A stretch of DNA of 64,000 nucleotides from an uncultured Spirochaetota bacterium (GTDB taxonomy: Bacteria > Spirochaetota > Spirochaetia > SZUA-6 > Fen-1364), in the NCBI GenBank assembly GCA_963745235.1, contig CAVUXE010000058.1:111805-175804 (forward strand), written 5' to 3'. Shown piece after piece: positions 46,120 to 57,416 of this stretch (positions are counted from its first letter, which is position 1; each line of letters begins with the position of its first letter). The notes beneath the pieces are model-generated. The model saw nothing but the letters and a program-made list of their open reading frames with translations, made no database searches and had not been told where the DNA came from. The position numbers and the translations under genes are program-made.

Positions 46120-48966
46120 ATGGAAACCTCCCATAACCCGGACACGGCCTTCGGGCCCGCCATTACCAACTCACTGTGCCTTGTGGACGGCTACAGCGTC
46201 ATCTACCGGGGCTACTTCGCGTTTCTGAACAGGCCGCTCCTGAACCCGGAAGGGAAGAACTCCTCCTCGGTATTCGTCTTCTTCCGCACTCTCATGCAGG
46301 TCGTGCGGGAGAAGGCGCCGGGACTCGTTGCCGTGACAATGGATTCCCGCATCCCGACGTTCCGCCACGAACGCTTTTCCCAGTACAAGGCAAACCGGGA
46401 GAAGGCGCCGGCCGACCTGCACGCCCAGGTGCCCGTGATAGAGGAGATCCTTTCGGCTCTCGGAGTGCCCTGCCTGCGGGCGGACGGCTTCGAAGCGGAC
46501 GACGTGATTGCCACCCTCGCGGAGGACTGCAGGAAATCCGGCCGGCCCTGCTGGATCCTCTCGGGAGACAAGGACATCCTGCAGCTCATCGGGGGCAACG
46601 TCCGCCTGCTTGCGCAGGAGAAGGGCTCTTCGGAAATCGTCGAATACTCGCGTGAAAGAGTCTTCGAGTCCCGCGGCGTCTATCCGGAGCAGATTGCCGA
46701 TTTTCTGGCCTTGACGGGGGATTCCTCGGACAACGTCCCCGGCGTGGCCGGTGTCGGGGAAAAGACCGCGTTGAAGCTCCTGGCCGGCTGATGGGAGCAT
46801 CGATCAGATCTACAAGAGCCTGGATGGGGTAACACCTGAGTCGCTTCGAAAAAAGCTGGCGGAGGGGAAGGACTCTGCCCTGCTTTCCCGTGAGCTGGTT
46901 ACGCTCCGCCGCGACGTGCCGGGTCTTCCGCAGCCTGAGCAGTTGCCGCCGGCCGGCTGGAACGTGCAAGCGGCCATCCCGCTTTTCGAACGCCAGGGAA
47001 TGAAGAGCATAGTCGCGGACCTCCTCAAGCTTTTCCCGAAAGCCGCGGCCGCCGCTTGGCAAGCCGTGGCTCCGGCGCCGCGCGCCGCGGATGACCCTGC
47101 GCCTGCGGCGAGGCCCGCTCTTGCCAATGCCCAGCCGGCTCCTGGCAGTGCCCCGCCGGTGGTCATGCTTGAGCGCACTGCGCCGGGGACCTACACCACC
47201 GTCACGAGCGTTTCAGAATTGGAGACATGGATCGAGCGCGCTCGGGCCGCCGGGGTCTACGCCTTTGACGTTGAAACCGACGGCACCGACGAGATGCGGG
47301 CCATCCTCCTTGGCTTCTCCCTGTCCGTGGAGGAGGGGAAGGCCTGCTATGTGCCCGTGCGCGCCAGGGACATCGCGTGCATTCCGGAAGATGACGTGCG
47401 CCGCCGCATCGCCGCGCTTCTGGAAGACCCGAAGGCGCGCCTGGTCGGGCAGAACGCCAAGTACGACTACAAGGTGGTTCGCCGCTGGGGTGTAACCCCG
47501 GCAAACGTCTTCTTCGACACGATGGTTGCGGCCTGGATGCTGGACAGCGAGCAGGGGACGTACGGCCTGGACAGGATGGCGGAGCAGCGACTCGGCTACC
47601 AGACCCTCCCTTACGAGGACCTTGTCGGCAAGGGTCAGACCCTCCAGGACGTCCCCATCCAGCAGGTCACCGACTATTCGGGGGAGGACGCGGACCTGAC
47701 GCTGCGCCTGTACAAGCTTCTTCTCCCGGAGCTTGAGGCAGCGGGGCTCTCGCCCCTGTTTACCCGGGTGGAAATGCCTCTCCTGGTCGTGCTGGCGGAA
47801 ATGGAGCTGGCGGGAATCCGGGTCCTTTCCGCTGAGCTGCAACGGTACGGCCGGGAGATAGAGAAAGATCTTTCGCAGCTGGAGTCACAGATCTACGACC
47901 TGTGCGGGAGGAAGTTCAACATCAATTCCACCAAGCAGCTGCAGGAGATCCTCTTCTCGTGGAGGAAGCTCACCCCCGTGAGGAAGACCAAGACGGGATT
48001 CTCCACGGACGAGGACGTGCTGGAGATCCTGGCCTCCCAGGACCCCGTGCCGGAGAAGATCCTGGCGCATCGCAAGCTTTCCAAGCTCAAGTCGACCTAC
48101 GTGGATGCCCTGCCCCTGCAGGTCAACGAGGCAACGGGCCGCCTGCACACGCACTACGTCCAGACGGGCGCGGCCACGGGCCGGCTTGCCAGCAAGGATC
48201 CGAACCTTCAGAACATCCCCATCCGTGAGGAGGAGGGGCGGCGGATCCGCAGCGCTTTCGTGCCCGCCCCGGGCATGCACTTCGTGAGCGCGGACTATGC
48301 GCAGATCGAGCTGGCCATCCTGGCCTATCTCTCGGGTGACCCCGTCCTTCTCCAGGCTTTCCGAGAGGGTCGGGATATCCACCGGCAGACCGCCTCACTG
48401 ATCTTCTCCGTTGCGGAAAACGAGGTGAGCGCTGAACAGCGCCGGGTCGGGAAGACGATCAATTTCGGCGTGGTGTACGGCATGTCTGCGTACGGCCTGT
48501 CCCAGAGCCTCAAGATCCCCAAGGGCGATGCGGACAGGTTCATCAAGACGTATTTCCAGCGCTACGAAGGTGTGGACCGCTACCTGAAGGAGACCATCCG
48601 CGGGGCCGAGCAAAACGGCTTTGTCACCACGCTCATGGGACGGCGTCGACGGATTGTCGCCATCCGCAGCCCCAACCGCACGGAAAAATCCGGCGCGGAG
48701 AGGATCGCGGTAAACTCACCCATCCAGGGCACTGCGGCGGACATCGTGAAGCTCGCAATGGTGAAGCTTTCCGGGCGGCTCCGCGAGGAGAAGCTTGCCA
48801 CCCGCATCCTGCTCCAGGTCCATGACGAGATCATCCTGGAGTCTCCGCGGAGGAATCCGAGCGGGCGGCGCGCCTGGTCCAGGACGTCATGGAGCACGCG
48901 GTGGATGAGGAGATCCCCCTCAAGGTGCACTGCGAAATCGGCGACAGCTGGGGCGAGTTTCACTGA
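46120..48966 (+). CDS. polA: DNA polymerase I (frameshifts near 46790 and 48850)
   Basis: LVDGYS, EADDVIATL, GDSSDNVPGV, DYAQIEL, KTINFGVVYG, LQVHDE. Confidence 0.96.
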
Positions 48967-48981
48967 GGCCCGCCTCGGAGG

Positions 48982-49759
48982 CTATTCGATTGCCCCCCAG
49001 GCTTTCCGGTTGAGCTCGGGCTCCTCCCGCGACTCGACGCCGTCCTCGTAGACCGAGAAGGCGAGCAGAAACTCCGACATCCCTTTCTTCGTCGGCTGGC
49101 CCCGTGCGGCAAGGAGAGCCTGTTCGGAAAGGTCCAAGTCGAACCCGTGGAAGTACCTCAGCACGAGCTGGTGGGAGAACGGAACGGAGAAGGCATAGAT
49201 GCTCGTGTCGTTGAGATGCTGCGCAATGACGATGTTCGCGGGGATGACTGCCGCGTAGGTGCACGGTGTCATCGGGATTCCGCCGCGCCAGGGGCTGTAC
49301 TCCAGCGGCGGGAACTGGACGGAGCGGTTGGAGGAGTATGAGGTGATGTCCTCGTAGTCCAGGAAGAGCACCTGGGAAAACGGTGAGCTCCTGAACATCT
49401 TTTTCAGCTCAGGAAGACGGAACGACTCGAAGGTCCTTTTCCTGTCCTGCTTCATTTTCGTCTCAATGAAGCCCGCCCCTTCGAGTGACGTGCCGTCCCT
49501 GCGCTGGATACGAACCAGCAGGGAAAGGTCCGCGCCCGCGGGCTCGCGTTTCCCTTTCTGTCGGAAGGCGGCGACGCGGATGGTGAAGCCCTGGCGGAAA
49601 CCCGTGACCTCCGTGTCGTCAAGCTCCGCGGCAAGGCTCCGCAGAAGGCTCGCCGTGACGGTGTCCTCCGCCCAGTGAGAGGGATGGCTGCCCGGGCACG
49701 CACGCTTTTACGATGCGCTCCACTTCGCCCATCAAACGCCAGTAGCTGAGTTTTTCCAT
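48982..49759 (-). CDS. Hypothetical protein with PD-(D/E)XK-like motif (frameshift near 49680)
   Basis: Frame extends upstream of ATG 49455: EDTVTASLL...GADLSLLVRI...GAGFIETK-MKQDRK; ATG 49759 has a GGAGG SD. Confidence 0.6.
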
Positions 49760-49821
49760 GCGACATCCGCCTCCTCACTCAATTTTGCCCCTTCCCCTGC
49801 CGTTATGCAAAGGGGGGGACG

Positions 49822-50418
49822 GTGAGGGAGAAGGGAAAGATCGTCATCGGCCTGACGGGAAGATACTGCTCCGGGAAGGGCACCGCGGCGCGGGTGTTCG
49901 CATCGCTGGGGTTCGCCGTGATAGATGCAGACGACCTCAGTCACGAGGTGCTCATAGAGAAAACCCGGGAGGTGGTTGCGGAGTTCGGAACGGCCGTGAC
50001 GCGAGGGGACGGCGGCGTTGACAGGCGGGCCCTTGGGAGAGTCGTTTTTGCCGACCCGCAAGCGCGGACGCGCCTGGAAGGCATTCTCTACCCGGCCATT
50101 ACGGAACGGATCAGGCTCTTCATCGCCCGGTCGAGGGCGGACGTCATCATCAACGCCCCGCTCCTCCAGCGCGCCGGCCTGGAGAAGATCTGCGACGCGG
50201 TGGTGTTCGTGCGGGCGCCGGCTGCCCTGCGCTTGCTCAGGGCCATGCGGCGCGACTCCCTCTGCCTTGGCGATGCGTGGAGCCGCATCAACGCGCAAAA
50301 GGACGTGCGCCCTCAATCTATGGGCCCCGGCGTCGATACTTATAGTGTGCTGAACTGGGGCAGTGTGCGCTGCCTGGAGCGCAGGACAAAGCGGCTTGCC
50401 CGTCGCCTGAAGGGGTGA
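49822..50418 (+). CDS. coaE: Dephospho-CoA kinase
   Basis: IGLTGRYCSGK, IDAD, DRRALGRVVF. Confidence 0.92.
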   Translation: MREKGKIVIGLTGRYCSGKGTAARVFASLGFAVIDADDLSHEVLIEKTREVVAEFGTAVTRGDGGVDRRALGRVVFADPQARTRLEGILYPAITERIRLFIARSRADVIINAPLLQRAGLEKICDAVVFVRAPAALRLLRAMRRDSLCLGDAWSRINAQKDVRPQSMGPGVDTYSVLNWGSVRCLERRTKRLARRLKG

Positions 50419-50426
50419 GGAATCCA

Positions 50427-51173
50427 ATGGAAAAGCAGAAGATATTCTGGGTGGTGCTCTCCGTGAGTGTTTTTGTCGTGATTGTCCTGATTGTCGGCGT
50501 GTATCTCCTTCGCCAGAAGCCGCAGGCGGTGACCAGCGCGCCCGGGACCGTCAATCCGATCGAGGGCCCGGGTCCGCAGATTTTCGAATACTCCCAGCAG
50601 AAGCCGCAGGCCCAGGCAACGCCCGGGACAGAGCAGAAGCCGGAGGGACCCCAGACCATGCATTTCTACATTGGAGAGGGAGCTGAGAGACCGCCTGCGG
50701 TCCCGCAGACTGCACAGCCCCAGGCACCGGCGGCGCAGCCCGCTCTCCCCAGCGCGCAGCCGGTACCTTCCGCGCAGCCGGCGCCCTCCGCGCAGGTCCA
50801 GCCGCAGGTCCCGCCCCCGGCGCCGACCGCCCATGCGCCCGTCACGGCAACGCATCCAAGAACGGTTGCCTCGGTGCCCCGAAGGGCGCCGTTGACCGTG
50901 AAGCCTTCGAAGCCGGCGCACAAAGAGGTGGACTACTGGATCCAGACGGGTGCGTACAAGAGCCAGTCCAAGGCGGAGGAGCTCATTTCCACCCTCGCGG
51001 ACAAAGGGCTTTCGGGCAAAGTGTTCTCCTACGACTCCGGCAGCGGAACCTACTATCGGGTGCGTATCGGGCCGTACACGAACCAGGGAGAGGCGGACAA
51101 GTTTCTTTCCATCGTGAAGCAGATCCAGGGCCTTGACGCCAGCTACGTCTCCCAGGTTGTCCCCAGGACATAA
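50427..51173 (+). CDS. SPOR domain cell-division protein
   Basis: N-terminal TM, Pro/Gln linker, YWIQTGAY..YRVRIGPY SPOR domain. Confidence 0.9.
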   Translation: MEKQKIFWVVLSVSVFVVIVLIVGVYLLRQKPQAVTSAPGTVNPIEGPGPQIFEYSQQKPQAQATPGTEQKPEGPQTMHFYIGEGAERPPAVPQTAQPQAPAAQPALPSAQPVPSAQPAPSAQVQPQVPPPAPTAHAPVTATHPRTVASVPRRAPLTVKPSKPAHKEVDYWIQTGAYKSQSKAEELISTLADKGLSGKVFSYDSGSGTYYRVRIGPYTNQGEADKFLSIVKQIQGLDASYVSQVVPRT

Positions 51174-51280
51174 CAGCCGCCGTCGGTTGCCCAGCTGCCT
51201 CCCTGTATCTCAACAATAGATACAAACAGGCCACTGAGGGCGATCCGTGAACAGGCTCGCCCAGGAGGAAGGAGGCAGCA

Positions 51281-51898
51281 ATGCCGGAAAACCCCGCCTG
51301 GCCCTTGCAGCGCGCTCGAACAGCCGTGCTGGTGATGGACTACCAGGAAAGCATTATCGACACCCTGGACACGGAGGAGACGAAAGCCCTGCTGGGCCGC
51401 GCCGCCGCGTTGTCGGGCGCGGCCCGGGATGCGAACGTGCGGGTAATCTACGTGGTCATCAGCTTCCGCGCCGGGCATCCCGAGGCGAGCCCGAACAACA
51501 AATCCTTCAGCCCTGTCAAGAGCGCGGGTCGTCTTGTTGAAGGCGCTCCGGGCTCAGCCGTGCATCCAGCGGTGGCCCCCCGGCCCGGAGACCTGGTGGT
51601 TACAAAACGCCGCGTCAGCGCCTTCGCCGGCTCCGACCTGGAGCTTCTGCTTCGCTCCCTGCAGGTGGACACGCTGCTGCTTGCCGGTATTGCCACCAGC
51701 GGTGTGGTCCTGTCCACCCTGCGCCAGGCGGCCGACCTGGACTACCGTCTTGCGGTGGTGGCTGACGCGTGCGCCGACCGTGATGCCGAGGTGCACCGGG
51801 TGCTGACCCGCAAGGTCTTCCCCCGGCAGGCAGAGGTGATGGACACCGCAGCCGCGGTGGGCCTGCTGGTGAGATCAACCGGCTCGACGAGCTCCTGA
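51281..51898 (+). CDS. Isochorismatase-family hydrolase
   Basis: LVMDYQ, KRRVSAF, GIATSGVVLST, DACAD. Confidence 0.88.
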   Translation: MPENPAWPLQRARTAVLVMDYQESIIDTLDTEETKALLGRAAALSGAARDANVRVIYVVISFRAGHPEASPNNKSFSPVKSAGRLVEGAPGSAVHPAVAPRPGDLVVTKRRVSAFAGSDLELLLRSLQVDTLLLAGIATSGVVLSTLRQAADLDYRLAVVADACADRDAEVHRVLTRKVFPRQAEVMDTAAAVGLLVRSTGSTSS

Positions 51899-53024
51899 GG
51901 GCCGGCACGGGCGCGCCAAGAGCCTTCTCGTAGACGGCCTCATATTGTGGAACGATGACGCGGTAGTCGAACTCCGCCGCGCGCTTGCGCGCGGCCTTCG
52001 CAAAGCGCTTCAGGACGTTGGGGTCCGTCAGAAGCTTCAGGCAATAGTCGGCCATTGCATCAACGTCCCCCACCGGGGCCAGGAAGCCGGTGGTTCCGTG
52101 CACAACGACCTCCGGCAGGCCCCCCACATCCGATGCAACAACGGGCACGCCGCTCGCCATGGCCTCGAGGGCCACCAGCCCGAAGCTCTCCGTCTCGCTG
52201 GGCAGGAGGAGCAGGTCCGCCGCGCCGAGGAGCGGAGTCACGTCATCCACCACCCCGACGTAGCGCACTGCCTCTATCAGCCCCAGGGATTCGACGAGCT
52301 CACGCGTCTTTCCGTATTCCGGCCCGTCTCCAACCAGGACGAGCCGCGCATCCATTTTCTCCCGCACCCGGGCGAAGATGCGCACCACGTCCCCCAGCCT
52401 TTTCAGGGGCCGGAAGTTCGAGATGTGCATGAGGGTGACCTGTCGGTCAGAGGACTTTTCTGGAATGCAGGGGACCGAGTGGGCGTGATGTCGCGGCGGG
52501 TCCACGAAGTTATAGACGACGTCGATCTCTTTCCCGATGGAGAACTGGCGGTAGGTCTCATCCCGCAGATATGCGGAGACCGCGGTCACGGCATCGGATT
52601 GTTCGATGGAGAACTCCATGACGGGCTTGAAGGACGGACTGGCGCCGACCAGGGTGATGTCGGTGCCATGCAGCGTGGTGACGACTTTCAGGTCCAGCTC
52701 CGGCGCGATCTGCCTGGCCAGGATGGCGGCCGCGGCAAAAGGAATGGCGTAGTGGACGTGCATGATCTGCAGCTTGTGGGTGCGGGCCACCTCCACCATC
52801 TTTGCCGTGAGGGTCAGGCTGTGCGGGAATTGCTTCAGGAGGGGATGATTGTCCTGGTCCACCTCGTGGTAACAGACGCGGGGAGGCAGCTCGCGCAGCC
52901 GCAGCGGGTTCGCGTAGCTGATGAACGCAACCGAATGGCCCCTTTCTGCCAGGTGCTTGCCCAGCTCGGTGGCCACCACGCCGCTTCCCCCGGCGGTCGG
53001 GTAGCAGCAGATACCGATTCGCAC
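51874..53024 (-). CDS. bshA: N-acetyl-alpha-D-glucosaminyl L-malate synthase BshA (3' end uncertain)
   Basis: [60 protein letters not shown]. Confidence 0.88.
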
Positions 53025-53025
53025 G

Positions 53026-53943
53026 CTACCTTCCTTCCCGCCGAATGCCACTCTGGGTGGGGGTGTGGTAAATCCTGCTCTCCGGCGGGACGCTTTCGGT
53101 GAGCCACACGTTCCCGCCAATGACAGACCCGTGGCCGATCACCGTGCTTCCTCCCAGGATGGTGGCCCCCGCGTAAATGGTCACGTCATCCTCTATGGTG
53201 GGATGGCGTTTGCGGTTGGCAAGCTCCTTCTTCACGCTGAGCGCCCCCAGGGTGACCCCCTGGTACAGCTTGACGTTGTTGCCGATCACCGTGGTCTCAC
53301 CGATCACGACTCCCGTCCCGTGGTCGATGAAGAAAGAGGCACCGATTGTCGCTCCCGGATGGATGTCGATCCCCGTTTTTCCGTGGATGTATTCGCTCAT
53401 CATGCGGGGAATCATGGCGACATCACGGACCCACAGCTCGTGGGCAATGCGGTGCACCATGATGGCCTCTACCCCCGGGTAGGAGAGGATCACCTCTTCC
53501 TGGGACCGGGCGGCCGGGTCACCGCGGTCCGCGGCCTCCACGTCAAGGCTGAGCTTCTGCCTCACGGCGGGCACATGCTCCAGCAGGTCCTGGACGATTT
53601 CCCGGGCCTCTCCCGTGCAGTCCTCGTGACGACCGCAGTCGTTTCGAACGCGGCAGGTGTAGCGCAGGCTCTTCTCCACCTCCGCCCCCAGCGCCCGTGT
53701 CAGCCACACCACCTTGTCACCGATGGAGTAGCGAAGCCCGGCAATGTCCAGCCTCTCTTCGGCGTGGAAGCCGGGGAACATCAGCGCTTCCAGGGTTTCC
53801 ACGATCCGCGCGATGCTCTGCTGGGAGGGCAGGTTCGGGCCTTCCAGGTGGTTGATCCCCCCGAGCTCCTGGTAGGAGTCGAGGATCCTTTCCACGAGGG
53901 TTTCCGTGAAGTCCGTGCACGCTCCGCGCTTCAGCTCACTCAT
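53026..53943 (-). CDS. cysE: Serine O-acetyltransferase (CysE/EpsC type)
   Basis: [31 protein letters not shown]. Confidence 0.93.
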   Translation of the reverse strand: MSELKRGACTDFTETLVERILDSYQELGGINHLEGPNLPSQQSIARIVETLEALMFPGFHAEERLDIAGLRYSIGDKVVWLTRALGAEVEKSLRYTCRVRNDCGRHEDCTGEAREIVQDLLEHVPAVRQKLSLDVEAADRGDPAARSQEEVILSYPGVEAIMVHRIAHELWVRDVAMIPRMMSEYIHGKTGIDIHPGATIGASFFIDHGTGVVIGETTVIGNNVKLYQGVTLGALSVKKELANRKRHPTIEDDVTIYAGATILGGSTVIGHGSVIGGNVWLTESVPPESRIYHTPTQSGIRREGR

Positions 53944-54008
53944 CTGGTCAAAAGTGATCCGCCCCGGACTGTTTGTCAAGGTATGGCCTTTCGCGTACAC
54001 TCCCCACC

Positions 54009-54434
54009 ATGGCGCCAGCGTTTCCCATCAGTGTCAGCCTGCTCACCGCCGTCGGCGTTCAGCTTGCCTGCCAGGCGTTCAAGGTGGTCCTCTACTCGGT
54101 GCGGGAAAGACGGCTCGCGTTCTCATGGTTCATCTCAGCCGGTGGAATGCCCAGCGCCCACTCCGCCTTCGTGACGGCGCTTTCTGTTTCGGTGGGGTTG
54201 TGGAGCGGGTTCGGCTCAGACGTCTTTGCTGTCGCTTGCGTCTTTTCCGTCATCATCATCTACGATTCGTGGCGGCTCCGGGGGGCTGTCCAGCAGCACG
54301 CGAAGGCCCTCGCGAAGCTGAAGCTCGGGTCCTTCAACGAGAACATCGGCCACACGCTCACGGAGATCGCCGCGGGGATAGTCACGGGAGGCGCTATGGC
54401 CGGCGCCGCATTTCTGCTCATTCACGGGTTGTAG
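54009..54434 (+). CDS. Divergent PAP2 (DUF212) membrane protein
   Basis: [19 protein letters not shown]. Confidence 0.88.
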   Translation: MAPAFPISVSLLTAVGVQLACQAFKVVLYSVRERRLAFSWFISAGGMPSAHSAFVTALSVSVGLWSGFGSDVFAVACVFSVIIIYDSWRLRGAVQQHAKALAKLKLGSFNENIGHTLTEIAAGIVTGGAMAGAAFLLIHGL

Positions 54435-54454
54435 ACAGACTCCAGGGGGATACC

Positions 54455-55483
54455 ATGGCAAGGTACGTGACGTTCGGTGAGGTCATGCTGCGGCTGAAGC
54501 CGCCCGCCGCCCAGAGGCTCTTCCAGAGCCCGCTCCTCGAAGCGAGCTTTGGAGGAGGGGAGGCAAACGTTGCGGTGGCTCTTGCGGGCTTCGGCTGCCA
54601 GGCCGCCTTTGTCTCGGTCATTCCCGCCAACCCCATCGGAGACGCATGCGTGGGAGAGCTGCGGCGCCACGGCGTGGATACCTCTCTCATTATCCGCGGC
54701 GGGCACAGGCTCGGCATTTATTTCCTCGAAGCCGGGGCCAACCAGAGGCCGTCGGTCGTCATCTACGACCGGGCTGGATCTGCGATTGCGGAGGCCCGGG
54801 TCGGAGAGGTGGACTGGGAACGAAGCCTCGCCGGCGCGACATGGTTTCACGTCACGGGCATTACGCCGGCAATTTCGCTGTCAGCCGCGGAGCTTTCCAT
54901 CGAGGCGGTGGGCAAAGCCCGGAAAGCCGGGCTCACGGTGTCCTGCGACTTGAACTTCAGAAAGAACCTGTGGAGGTACGGCAAGAGCGCCCCCGAGATC
55001 ATGGGGGAAATCATGACCTCCGTCGATGTGGCGGTGGCAAACGAAGAGGACTGCCAGAACGCGCTGGGCATCACTGCCGCGGTTGACGTCGAATCCGGGA
55101 AGCTGGATGCCAGCGCCTACAAGGCGCTTGCGGAGAAGGTCCTGGCCGCGTACCCGAACCTCTCCCACGTGGCCATCACCTTGCGGGAGAGCCGCTCCGC
55201 CGATGAGAACGCCTGGTCCGCCGTCCTGGCCACGGGGAAAGAGTTCCTCGTCTCGCGACGCTACGAGATCACGGACATCGTGGACAGGGTGGGCACGGGA
55301 GATACGTTTGCCGCCGGCCTGATCTACGGCCTGGCCAACCTGGCATCTCCGAGGGACGCCCTGGAGTTTGCGGTGGCCGCTTCCTGCCTCAAGCACTCCG
55401 TCCCCGGCGACCTTCCCCTTTTGAGCACGGCCGAGGTGAAGGCGCTCATGGGAGGCTCGGGCAGCGGACGCGTGCAGAGGTAG
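54455..55483 (+). CDS. kdgK: PfkB-family sugar kinase (2-keto-3-deoxygluconate kinase-like)
   Basis: [37 protein letters not shown]. Confidence 0.88.
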   Translation: MARYVTFGEVMLRLKPPAAQRLFQSPLLEASFGGGEANVAVALAGFGCQAAFVSVIPANPIGDACVGELRRHGVDTSLIIRGGHRLGIYFLEAGANQRPSVVIYDRAGSAIAEARVGEVDWERSLAGATWFHVTGITPAISLSAAELSIEAVGKARKAGLTVSCDLNFRKNLWRYGKSAPEIMGEIMTSVDVAVANEEDCQNALGITAAVDVESGKLDASAYKALAEKVLAAYPNLSHVAITLRESRSADENAWSAVLATGKEFLVSRRYEITDIVDRVGTGDTFAAGLIYGLANLASPRDALEFAVAASCLKHSVPGDLPLLSTAEVKALMGGSGSGRVQR

Positions 55484-55540
55484 AGGCGCCGCTGGACGGC
55501 GCGCGCCGGCGAGGCATATATTCTACGCGCCAGGAAGGCC

Positions 55541-56677
55541 ATGCGGACACCAATCGCCGGGAGCCGCGCCCTGCTGCTCCCCATCGCCCTGTGCCTCTCC
55601 ATCGTTTCCCCGGTGACGGCGGACCCCTCGAGAGTGCTGCGCCTGACCTTCGTCGGGGACATCATGGTGCACCCGGTCCTGTTTGCCATGGCGGATTACG
55701 GCGCCATCTACAAGGGAGTGGCGGACGTGCTGGATGGGAGCGACCTGACCTTCGCGAACCTCGAGTTCCCCGTGGACTCCACGCGCCCGGTGTCAGGGTA
55801 TCCCCTGTTCAATGCCAACCGGGACTACGTGCGCGCCGCACTCGAAGCGCGCATCGACGTTTTCTCTGCCGCCAACAATCATGCCTTTGATGGAGGAGAG
55901 GAAGGGGTGCTCCAGACCGTGCGCGCCCTCACGTCCCTGGCGGACGGGTCTCCGCGGCTCTTCTTTTCGGGAATCAGGGGCAACCCGCGCAGGCCGTTCA
56001 CGCCGGAGACAATCGTCGTCCACGGGGTGCGCATCGGTTTCATTGCCGTCACGCAATTCCTCAACCAGGGGGACGGCGGCCGCTATGTCCACGTGGTTGA
56101 CTACGATGACGAGGCGGCGGCCGGCGAGTTCGCGGAGTTCGTGAAGGACGCCAGCCCGTTCTATGACTTCTTCGTTGTCTCGTATCATGGCGACCGGGAA
56201 TACGTGCAGGAGCCTGACGCCGCGAAGAGAGCATTCTTCCGCAGGCTCGTTGAGAACGGCGCCACCATAGTCTTCGGGCACCATCCTCATGTCCTCCAGG
56301 ACTACGAGCTGGTGTCTGTTCGCGGTTCGACGCGGCTCATCATGTACTCCATGGGCAACTTTGTTTCCGGCATGGCCTGGAGAGATTGGCCGCCGGACCC
56401 GGACGGGCTTGGCGCTCTTGTCAGTGATTCCATCATGCTTCGGGTGGATGTTTCCGTGAACGCCGGCAGCGCCTCCGTGACGCGCGCCGAGCCGATCCCT
56501 GTTGCCAACTTCCGCGGTGCGGACGGGCTGGTTGTGCTCAAGCTGGATGATCTTGCAAAGGGAATGGACGGTGTACCGGCGGCATGGACGTCCTATTTCC
56601 TTGCCAGGCGGTCCCGGATCACGAAGTTTCTGGGCCCCAAAGCCGAAGACGTCCAGACCGCGGTCAGGCCGGAATAG
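55541..56677 (+). CDS. CapA/PGA_cap family metallophosphoesterase, exported
   Basis: GDIM, NLE, ANNHAFD, GHHPH, YSMGNF. Confidence 0.9.
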   Translation: MRTPIAGSRALLLPIALCLSIVSPVTADPSRVLRLTFVGDIMVHPVLFAMADYGAIYKGVADVLDGSDLTFANLEFPVDSTRPVSGYPLFNANRDYVRAALEARIDVFSAANNHAFDGGEEGVLQTVRALTSLADGSPRLFFSGIRGNPRRPFTPETIVVHGVRIGFIAVTQFLNQGDGGRYVHVVDYDDEAAAGEFAEFVKDASPFYDFFVVSYHGDREYVQEPDAAKRAFFRRLVENGATIVFGHHPHVLQDYELVSVRGSTRLIMYSMGNFVSGMAWRDWPPDPDGLGALVSDSIMLRVDVSVNAGSASVTRAEPIPVANFRGADGLVVLKLDDLAKGMDGVPAAWTSYFLARRSRITKFLGPKAEDVQTAVRPE

Positions 56678-56691
56678 CTCCGCGGACGCTT

Positions 56692-57291
56692 CTACTTGTT
56701 CTTTGCGATCCGCGTCTGCTCGGTGATTGTTTCCTCTCCCTGGGAAAGCCAGTCACCCACCGCCATTGCCTTTGCCCTGGCGGCCGCGAACGCGCCCCCG
56801 TCCAGGTCTTTGCGGGCGTCATCCAGCGCAAGACGGGCCTGGTCAGCAACGAGTGCAAGCGGGGTGATGGCATCCAACCTGATGCCCCGCACCCTTTTTG
56901 CCGTCCATACCTTTGCCTCGAAGTCGGGAATTTCCGTGCCTACTTTCTCGATAAGAGAAGCGGCGTCCTTTGCGACCTGCTGCTTGCTGGTGTCCGCGTC
57001 GGCCCGGGCGCGCTGGGCGTCAGTGACGGCTTCCTGGGCCAGACTGCGGACCGCGTCGTAGCTTCGGGAAAGGGGAGATCTTTTCTGCTGGCTGGCAAGC
57101 TCGTTGTCCAGCGCGTCCATTTTCTCCTGCGCTGCGCGAAGTGAGTCCGGCGCGTAGGTGAGGATGTCCACGTTCTCCGCCGCTGTCTTCACCGCGAGGC
57201 GGGCGGCGTCGATCTCCGCCTGGGGCGGCTTGGCGCACGACGCAAGGCCCAATGCCACCGCCACGGTGAGAACGACGCGCAGGTACTTCAT
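56692..57291 (-). CDS. Helical lipoprotein (DUF4398-like)
   Basis: LASC lipobox; CAKPPQAEIDAA..YAPD pattern. Confidence 0.7.
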   Translation of the reverse strand: MKYLRVVLTVAVALGLASCAKPPQAEIDAARLAVKTAAENVDILTYAPDSLRAAQEKMDALDNELASQQKRSPLSRSYDAVRSLAQEAVTDAQRARADADTSKQQVAKDAASLIEKVGTEIPDFEAKVWTAKRVRGIRLDAITPLALVADQARLALDDARKDLDGGAFAAARAKAMAVGDWLSQGEETITEQTRIAKNK

Positions 57292-57416
57292 TACGCCGGA
57301 TTTCCTTTCAGCAGAGAGAACTGTTTCGCCATCACGTTTCCACGTAGCCAACCCGATTTTGAGAGCCCTGTCAAGTGTCTATGAAAACTCCCATGCCCCG
57401 GAGTATACTGCAAGCC

